A stretch of DNA of 64,000 nucleotides, from assembly GCA_965219955.1 (NCBI GenBank), contig OZ244799.1, forward strand, positions 1,664,001-1,728,000, written 5' to 3'. The stretch comes from a bacterium. Its GTDB lineage: Bacteria; UBA8248. A program made the position numbers and the translations under genes. This document shows, one piece after another, positions 57,795 to 64,000 of the stretch. The notes under the pieces are model-generated. The model did not search any database. It saw only the letters and a program-made list of their open reading frames with translations, and had not been told where the DNA came from. Positions within the stretch are counted from its first letter, which is position 1, and every line of letters begins with the position of its first letter.

Positions 57795-57878
57795 CGCCGG
57801 AATGACGGCCGATTGCGATCATTGTTAAGCGGCCTGGCAGCAATTGAACTTTCGTAGGGGCGGACCTAAGTGTCCGCC
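57795..57878. repeat. 84-bp direct repeat, copy 1 (partner at 59757-59840)
   Basis: Ungapped hand alignment gives 70/84 identity; composed of a CCGGAATGACG end, a spacer and a GTAG REP. Confidence 0.85.
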
Positions 57879-57915
57879 CAGCCGTTCGTGAACGACCCCG
57901 TGCCGGATCGCTTCC

Positions 57916-58221
57916 CTACGCCGTCGTTTCGCGCGGCTTCACCCGCTTGGCGATCTCGCGGCCCTGCACGACCTCGGCCCGGCGAAGCTCCCAGGTCTTC
58001 TGCAGGTTCATCCAGAGTTCGGGCGTGGTTCCGAAATACCGCGCAAGACGCAGCGTCGTGTCCGCGCTCACGCCACGCCGGCCGTTCAGTATCTTCGTGA
58101 TCCGGTTCACCGGCACGCCCAGCGCCTTCGAGAGCGCATTGGCCGAGAGTTCCAGCGCGCCCATTTCCTCGCGCAGTATCTCGCCCGGATGCACCGGCCT
58201 CATTTTGTTCTTTGCGTTCAT
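57916..58221 (-). CDS. higA: HigA family antitoxin (HTH)
   Basis: RPVHPGEILREE...LSKALGVPVNRI..ILNGRRGVSADTTLRLARYFGTTPELWMNLQ. Confidence 0.93.
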   Translation of the reverse strand: MNAKNKMRPVHPGEILREEMGALELSANALSKALGVPVNRITKILNGRRGVSADTTLRLARYFGTTPELWMNLQKTWELRRAEVVQGREIAKRVKPRETTA

Positions 58222-58233
58222 CGGCCTGTTCCT

Positions 58234-58295
58234 TCAATGGTAGTCCACAATCTCCACGTCATGCGGTCCGTCGTCTTGCAGGCGAAGGAGATTGC
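58234..58295 (-). pseudogene. 3' remnant of a HigB toxin gene
   Basis: Minus strand reads ...DDGPHDVEIVDYH* (typical HigB C-terminus) directly upstream of higA; the 5' part is replaced by a REP at 58296-58321. Confidence 0.8.
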
Positions 58296-58326
58296 GTAGG
58301 GGCAGGCCCCTGTGCCTGCCCGCTTT

Positions 58327-58540
58327 TCATGAACGGCCCTTAGCCTCGGCGGCTGAGTCTGTAATGGCGTCCTCCGCCAGTTGTGAGAGATGCCTGCGAA
58401 GCGATTCTTTCGTGTCGAAGGTTTGGAACCGCCCCTCCTCGATGTCGGCGATCCCGACATCGGCTGCCTCGCGCAGGGTCTGCAGGCGAGCCCCGTCCTC
58501 CGCGGCCTGACGCTCCAGGGGGCGGATGCCTCCCTTGAGC
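58327..58540 (-). pseudogene. 5'-truncated ParD-family antitoxin
   Basis: GIRPLERQAAEDGARLQTLREAADVGIADIEEGRF resembles the C-terminal half of ParD; no RHH N-terminus. Confidence 0.65.
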
Positions 58541-58565
58541 AAGCGCGATTTCCCGGTGGGCCGCT

Positions 58566-59111
58566 TCATTTTCGCCCGCCGCTTGAGGGGGAAAACCCGA
58601 TTCTGCCTTTTTTCTCCAGCTCGGGCGGGGCCATGAGTCCCCGGATGGCTTCGAAAACGACCTTGAACTGCTTGTCATATTTCTTCTCCAGAGCGGAGAA
58701 CTTGCGCGCGAGGTCGGCATGGCTCGCCTGCATCCGCCGCAACTCCACGAAGGCGCGCATGATCTCGATGTTCACCCGAATCGCCCGCTCGCTGCGAAGT
58801 ACGCTTGAGAGCATGGCGACCCCCTGTTCGGTGAACGCATAAGGCGGGTAACGCCTGCCGCCCCAACTTGAGGTCACAATTTGTGACCTCAAGTCGCCGA
58901 ACTCCTGTTTCGTAAGCCTGAAGGTGAAATCCGCCGGGAAGCGCTCGATGTTCCTCCTGACGGCTTGCAGGAAGACCTTGGTTTCGACGCCGTAGGGGGC
59001 GGCCAAGTCGGCATCCAGCATGACTTTCAGATCGCGGATGAGATGGATGGACCGTTCGATACGCTCCAGAGGCGCGGAAGGAGCAACTTCGTTCTTTTTC
59101 CTGGTTCCCAC
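58566..59111 (-). CDS. ORF6N domain-containing DNA-binding protein
   Basis: [17 protein letters not shown]...[15 protein letters not shown]...[32 protein letters not shown]; IGF tail. Confidence 0.9.
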   Translation of the reverse strand: MGTRKKNEVAPSAPLERIERSIHLIRDLKVMLDADLAAPYGVETKVFLQAVRRNIERFPADFTFRLTKQEFGDLRSQIVTSSWGGRRYPPYAFTEQGVAMLSSVLRSERAIRVNIEIMRAFVELRRMQASHADLARKFSALEKKYDKQFKVVFEAIRGLMAPPELEKKGRIGFSPSSGGRK

Positions 59112-59427
59112 ACTCCGATCCCCTCAGGTCGTCAGTAACGGCGGCGAACCGACACCCCCTGCGCCTCGGCCCTTTCGAGCGTCGGCATGTCGAGGGTCCT
59201 CATGGAATCGGTACGAACAGACTACGCCAATCGCCTCCAAGGAGCAAAACGATTTCAGCGTGGTTAAATCCCCGGCTCGTAAAGAATTTTTCGTAGGGGT
59301 GTCGAACTTCCCCGAGGAGGGGGAGTTCGAGTGTGTCCGCCCGCCTTGGGGTCGCCGCCTCGTCGTCATTCCGGTGTCAATCCCGATTGAAGAATGAGGG
59401 ACTGAGGAATCCAGAACAGATGAGTTT

Positions 59428-59560
59428 GATAACGCCTGCCGCTCCAACTTGAGATCACAATTTGTGATCTCAAATCCTCGAATTCGGGTTTTGTGAGTCG
59501 AAAGGTGAAGTCTGCCGGAAAGCGATCAATGTTCCTTTTGACGGACATTAAGAAGACTTC
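59428..59560 (-). pseudogene. Internal fragment of a second ORF6N gene
   Basis: [44 protein letters not shown] is paralogous to 58850-58980 and is bounded by repeats on both sides. Confidence 0.8.
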
Positions 59561-59625
59561 GCTGGAATCACTCCTCCCTTGAGGGTCTGTTGAGAAAGCC
59601 CTCCTCGCTCGGAGTTGACCACCGC

Positions 59626-59771
59626 CGTCATTCCGGCGAATGCCGGAATCCAGAACCAAGGCAAGTGAATATCTTATAGCTTTTCATTCCCTCATTGATT
59701 AGGAGACAAGCAGGAAAATCAAAAGGCAAAAAACAAATTCCCTGGATTCCGGCATGCGCCGGAATGACGGC
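59626..59771. repeat. Palindromic doublet CCGTCATTCCGGCGAATGCCGGAATCCAG ... CTGGATTCCGGCATGCGCCGGAATGACGG
   Basis: Inverted pair around an AT-rich spacer; partial copies at 20477, 57381, 57795 and 59364. Confidence 0.8.
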
Positions 59772-59840
59772 TATCTGCGATTATTGTTAAGCGGGTAGGA
59801 AGGAAATGAACTTCCGTAAGGGCGGACCTAAGCGTCCGCC
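59757..59840. repeat. 84-bp direct repeat, copy 2
   Basis: Matches 57795-57878. Confidence 0.85.
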
Positions 59841-59856
59841 TCCGCAGAGGTGCGCG

Positions 59857-60756
59857 TTAGGCCGCCCTATGTCCCTTGCATATCGCACACTGGCATCCCG
59901 CATCCGTGAAGTGACGAACCCCTACCACACGTCTGCGATTTCGATCTGCACGAGTGTATATTTTGTTGAATAGCGTCGTCTCTCCATTCTCCACAAATCG
60001 CCGCAACGAATAGCTGCAGAGGTCGGCGATCTGAACCATGCTGGTCAGTTGACTGTCGACGAACAGTGGCGTCTCGATGATTCTCTCAATCCTCGTCCAA
60101 AGAGTCCCTTTCCGTTGAAATTCCCTCATTAGCTGCGTATGTTTTTTTTCAACGGTTTCGTTGTTGTCATGAACAATAAGTCCATAATTCCTCTGACCAT
60201 TCGTATCATCCGTGTTCTGGAGATATTGCTCGAATCTGGATATTACTTGTTCGAATGCTTGTTCATCCACGGGAGATTGCGCTCGTTGCGGGTCAAAATG
60301 AATCTTGTCTATGCACTCTGCGAACAATCGGGCGAATCCCCATCTTGAAACGCAATCCGCTATCTCGGCTAGAAAATTTTGACGCTCTTGCAAGGTCATG
60401 TGGATGTACGCTTCCGTCTTCGCATAATTTTTTCTGGTTTGATGATAAGTCCGACTGTTGTTTGAATTCTGAAGTCGGAGAAGTTCTCTTGTTCGATATC
60501 TCCGAACTTCCGACTCTCTTTGCATACGACTAAGGTTATTGAAGTTGTTGATTCGAGTTTGCTCCAGGTACTTCCTTAGCATCCATGCAGTGTGTATTTC
60601 CGCATTATCGAGGCCGTATCGACGTTTAATAATCGTAATTTCACGATCTGCGTCCCGCCAGTGCCAGATAGGCAATGAGAGCCCTGCGAGGACGAAGTGA
60701 GATGTGTTGCCAGGAATATCGGAGGTCCCAGATTCATCAATGTAGCAAAGATACAT
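59857..60756 (-). CDS. DUF3800 domain-containing protein
   Basis: MYLCYIDESG N-terminus, FVLAG, EIH, VHD and PLFVDS...VQIADLCSY; AGGAGG RBS; lower GC than the core genes. Confidence 0.88.
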   Translation of the reverse strand: MYLCYIDESGTSDIPGNTSHFVLAGLSLPIWHWRDADREITIIKRRYGLDNAEIHTAWMLRKYLEQTRINNFNNLSRMQRESEVRRYRTRELLRLQNSNNSRTYHQTRKNYAKTEAYIHMTLQERQNFLAEIADCVSRWGFARLFAECIDKIHFDPQRAQSPVDEQAFEQVISRFEQYLQNTDDTNGQRNYGLIVHDNNETVEKKHTQLMREFQRKGTLWTRIERIIETPLFVDSQLTSMVQIADLCSYSLRRFVENGETTLFNKIYTRADRNRRRVVGVRHFTDAGCQCAICKGHRAA

Positions 60757-60780
60757 CGAATCAACCTCCTGATTTTGGAC

Positions 60781-60860
60781 AAAAAAAAGCGACTGGGCTT
60801 TTAGGGCCTTAGGCCCTAAGACGAGACGCTTGGCGACTCATCCCAGACGCTGTTTGAGTC
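60781..60860 (-). ncRNA. Putative structured RNA (three-way junction plus U-tract) upstream of the DUF3800 gene
   Basis: AGCG-T-CTGGG pairs with CCCAG-T-CGCT, enclosing hairpins ATGAG-T-CGC/GCG-T-CTCGT and TTAGGGCC/GGCCCTAA, then an 8-T run. Confidence 0.72.
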
Positions 60861-60862
60861 CT

Positions 60863-60892
60863 AATATATCATTACACTGAAGTCAAGCGCAA
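60863..60892 (-). promoter_or_regulatory. Candidate sigma-70 promoter for the RNA/DUF3800 unit
   Basis: Extended -10 TGaTATATT; TTGCGC lies 18 nt upstream; a TTGACT is also present but only 12 nt from this -10. Confidence 0.45.
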
Positions 60893-60915
60893 AATTCACC
60901 CACTTATCATCTCCC

Positions 60916-61650
60916 CTACCCCCCCAACCGCTTATACGCCTCCGTGTCTCTTAACGGGGAGTCGGGCTTGACGCCCTCGGCGGGGGTTTTGCCTTCGGAG
61001 TCTTTCGCGGCGGGGTCGGCGCCGGCGTCGAGCAGGGCCTCGACCACCGCGAGGATGACGCCGTCTTTCGCCGCTGCGTAGTGGAGGGGGGTTCGCACGC
61101 GCTTGTCGCGCACGTCGGGGTTCGCGCCCGCCGCGAGCAGGGCCTTCACGATGGCGGGGGCCGAACTGCGCATCCCCGCCCAGTGCAGCGGCGCCAGGCC
61201 CTTCCTGTCCGGCGTGTTTACCCGGGCGCCCCCCCGCACCAGGATCTCCACGACGTCCGAGGCTTCGCCGAACGCCGCCGCCGCGTGCAGGGCCGTCCAT
61301 CCGAATATGCCCTCCGCGTTCGGGTCGGCGCCGGCGTCCAGCAGGGTCGTCACGATCCCGGGAGCCGCGTTGAACGCCACCGCCGTGTGGAGGGGCGTCG
61401 CTCCTCTCTCATCCGGCGCGTTCGGGTCGGCCCCGGCCCGCGTCAAGGCGGTCAGCACCGCCGGATTATCGGCGAAGCATGCCGCCCAGTGGAGCGGCGT
61501 CCATCCTTTATTGTCCCGCGCGTTCACCTCGGCCCCGGCCTCGAGCAGGCCCCCCACGATTTCGGGGGCGCCGTCGTCCATCACCGCACGGTGCAAGGCC
61601 GTGGCTCCGTCTTCACCCCGCGCGTTCGGGCCGCTTGCTTCCGTAGACAT
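60916..61650 (-). CDS. Ankyrin repeat protein (about six repeats)
   Basis: Repeated G.T(P/A)LH.A.......IV..LL.AGA.(P/V)N units. Confidence 0.93.
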   Translation of the reverse strand: MSTEASGPNARGEDGATALHRAVMDDGAPEIVGGLLEAGAEVNARDNKGWTPLHWAACFADNPAVLTALTRAGADPNAPDERGATPLHTAVAFNAAPGIVTTLLDAGADPNAEGIFGWTALHAAAAFGEASDVVEILVRGGARVNTPDRKGLAPLHWAGMRSSAPAIVKALLAAGANPDVRDKRVRTPLHYAAAKDGVILAVVEALLDAGADPAAKDSEGKTPAEGVKPDSPLRDTEAYKRLGG

Positions 61651-61787
61651 CGTGTTCTCCCGTTTTGCGATCGCCCCGCACTTGAACTTCCGGCGTCCGG
61701 GTCTTCACGAGGCGCTCGCCTGGGTCCTTTCGTTATGTATCGAACCGCATGAAACCAACTATATACGAGAAACCGAAAAAATGCGTC

Positions 61788-62060
61788 TTAATCCTCCGCC
61801 CCGGGCGGGCCGCCTCGCTCATTGAACTTCTCCGCGCACGCCACGCTGCAGAACGAGTGCCTGCCGCCGCCCGCGCGCTTCGTAATCGCGATGCGCGAGG
61901 GAAAGAACGTCGCACACTCGGGACAGTTCAGCATCTCATCGTCCAGGCCGCCCTCGGCTTCCCGATTTTTTCGCCCGGCGATTCCCGAACCGGTAAGCAG
62001 ACTGCGTATAAGATAGAATATCAGCCACGATAAAACCAGATAAAAAAAGAATCGAAACAT
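61788..62060 (-). CDS. Small membrane-anchored metal-binding protein (PP0621/TRASH-YHS-like)
   Basis: N-terminal TM helix; EMLNCPECATF and FCSVAC. Confidence 0.75.
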   Translation of the reverse strand: MFRFFFYLVLSWLIFYLIRSLLTGSGIAGRKNREAEGGLDDEMLNCPECATFFPSRIAITKRAGGGRHSFCSVACAEKFNERGGPPGAED

Positions 62061-62134
62061 GCGCCGGGCCTCACGAGGTGCAGCGAGATTCGGAAAAGCG
62101 ATACTCTACACTCTGGATCGCAAGATGGGAATCG

Positions 62135-64000
62135 CTAGGCGCGCGCGAGCGCGGGCGCCTTCGCGTGGTAATCCTGCAGGGAGCGCACCGAATACTCGTT
62201 CTCGCGCAGAATGCGTATGGCGCGGATGGCCGCCTGGCCGGCGGCGAGCGTGGTGCAATAGAAGATGTTCCTCAAAAGCGCCGTCCTGCGGATGGAGTAG
62301 CTGTCCTTTATCGACTGCTTGCCCGCCGTGGTGTTGAGCACGAACTGCACCTCCCCCGCCTCCATCCGGTCCACGACGTGGCCCGGCTCGCCGTCGGTCA
62401 CCTTGTGGACGAAGTCCGCCTCGATGCCGTTGGCCAGGAGCGCCGCCCTCGTGCCCGCCGTGGCCACGAGGGAGAAGCCCAGTTCGACGAGCAGCTGCGC
62501 CAGGGGGATGATGGCCGCCTTGTCCCCGTCGCGAACGGAGATGAACGCCCGGCCTTCCAGGGGCAGGACGGAGCCGGCTCCTTCTTGCGCTTTCAGGAAT
62601 GCCGTGGGGAAATCCGCCCCCAGCCCCATCACCTCGCCGGTCGATTTCATCTCGGGGCCCAGGATCACGTCCACACCGGGGAACTTCTTGAACGGGAACA
62701 CCGCCTCCTTCACGCCGAAATGGCGCGGCTCCACGTCGTGATCCAGGCCGAGCGCGGGGAGCGTCTCCCCCGCCATGGCCCGGGCGGCGACCTTGGCGAA
62801 GGGCACGCCGACCACCTTGCTCACGTAGGGCACCGTGCGGCTCGCGCGCGGGTTCACCTCCAGGATGAAAACCTGGCGCTTGTGGACCGCGAACTGCACG
62901 TTGTTCAGGCCCACGACGCCCAATGATTTCGCCAGAATCCGCGTCTGGCGCTTGAGCTCTTCCACGATGTCGGGGCCGAGCGTGTAGGGGGGGATCGAAC
63001 AGGCCGAATCGCCGCTGTGGATCCCCGCCTCCTCGATGTGCTCCATCACGCCCGCGATAATGACGTTCTCCCCGTCCGATACCGCGTCCACGTCCACCTC
63101 CACGGCGTCTTCCAAAAACCTGTCGATGAGCACGGGCCGCTCGGCGGAGGCGCGGACGGCGTCGCGCATATAGGCAGCGAGTTCATCCGCGTCGTGGACG
63201 AGCGCCATGGCCCGCCCGCCGAGCACGTAGCTGGGCCGCATGAGCACGGGGTAGCCGATGGCGTTCGCTATCGCGAGCGCGTCTTCCGTATTCGTCGCCG
63301 TGCCCGAGGGCGGCTGGGTGAGGTGGAGTTCCTTGAGCAGGTGGCTGAAGCGGTCGCGATCTTCGGTCAGGTCGATGCTCTCGGGCGAGGTTCCCAGAAT
63401 CGGCGCGCCCGCTTCCTTGAGCGCCAGGGCGAGCTTGAGCGGCGTCTGTCCCCCGAACTGCACGATGACGCCAGCGGGTTTTTCGCGGTGGATGATTTCG
63501 AGCACGTCCTCGAGCGTCAGGGGTTCGAAGTAGAGCCTGTCGCTGGTATCGTAATCCGTGCTCACCGTCTCGGGGTTGCAATTCACCATGATGGCCTCGA
63601 AACCCGCTTCGGCGAGCGCCGTCACGGCGTGGACGCAGCAGTAGTCGAACTCGATGCCCTGCCCGATGCGGTTGGGGCCGCCGCCCAGAATGATGATCTT
63701 CTCGCGCGCGGTCGGCGGGGCCTCGTCTTCCTGCTCGTAGGTGGAATAGAGATAGGGCGTGTGGGCCTCGAATTCCGCGGCGCAGGTATCCACCTGCTTG
63801 TAGACGGGCCGGACGCCCAGGCGGCCCCGCGCGTCGCGGACCGCGCTCTCCGCCACCCCCTGCCTTCCGGCGATCTCCAAGTCGCTGAAGCCGTTTTGCT
63901 TCAAGTAGCGGAGGCGGAACGCATCGTCCAGAAGACCGGGCGCGCTCAAGTCTTCCTCCAGTTCCACGAGTTCGGCCAGGTGCGCCAGAAACCACGGGTC
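62135..64000 (-). CDS. carB: Carbamoyl-phosphate synthase large subunit, C-terminal part (5' end outside the window)
   Basis: VDTCAAEF, GPNRIGQGIEFDY, NPETVSTDYD, EVNPRASRT, GPEMKSTGEV and an MGS domain. Confidence 0.98.
   Translation of the reverse strand, partial: DPWFLAHLAELVELEEDLSAPGLLDDAFRLRYLKQNGFSDLEIAGRQGVAESAVRDARGRLGVRPVYKQVDTCAAEFEAHTPYLYSTYEQEDEAPPTAREKIIILGGGPNRIGQGIEFDYCCVHAVTALAEAGFEAIMVNCNPETVSTDYDTSDRLYFEPLTLEDVLEIIHREKPAGVIVQFGGQTPLKLALALKEAGAPILGTSPESIDLTEDRDRFSHLLKELHLTQPPSGTATNTEDALAIANAIGYPVLMRPSYVLGGRAMALVHDADELAAYMRDAVRASAERPVLIDRFLEDAVEVDVDAVSDGENVIIAGVMEHIEEAGIHSGDSACSIPPYTLGPDIVEELKRQTRILAKSLGVVGLNNVQFAVHKRQVFILEVNPRASRTVPYVSKVVGVPFAKVAARAMAGETLPALGLDHDVEPRHFGVKEAVFPFKKFPGVDVILGPEMKSTGEVMGLGADFPTAFLKAQEGAGSVLPLEGRAFISVRDGDKAAIIPLAQLLVELGFSLVATAGTRAALLANGIEADFVHKVTDGEPGHVVDRMEAGEVQFVLNTTAGKQSIKDSYSIRRTALLRNIFYCTTLAAGQAAIRAIRILRENEYSVRSLQDYHAKAPALARA

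Noticed and set aside
57100-59840. CRISPR array or classical integron
   Set aside because: Repeats are irregularly spaced, belong to several families and are often inverted; no cas or intI gene and no attC core sites.

Overview
High-GC bacterial chromosomal window, with most genes on the minus strand. It is mainly housekeeping: a sigma-70 factor with pgsA and plsY; tRNA-Leu(CAA); ilvE and nadX; the pheA-hisC-tyrA-cmk-rpsA-ihfB-macro-miaA-aroK-aroC block; trpEGDC preceded by a leader-peptide attenuator; truA and uvrA; an icd-mdh-fumarase-sucCD-ndk TCA cluster; rsmA, lepAB, a DegP-type protease, dgt, alkA, a NodIJ-like ABC pair, gdhA, fsa and the 3' part of carB. Two accessory hotspots are rich in palindromic repeats. 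The first (~19.0-27.0 kb) holds a Fic gene, nested MITE/REP repeats, an LLM monooxygenase, an AT-rich 984-aa nuclease/P-loop NTPase/tandem cold-shock-domain protein and a duplicated gene tail. The second (~57.1-61.7 kb) holds three antitoxins whose toxins are reduced to stubs at REP junctions, an ORF6N gene plus a fragment, a DUF3800 gene directly preceded by a compact three-way-junction RNA ending in a U-tract, and an ankyrin protein. The best candidates for undescribed systems are the DUF3800 + ncRNA pair, the nuclease-NTPase-CSD protein and the REP-delimited orphan-antitoxin array. All calls come from motif recognition by eye; no database searches were run.
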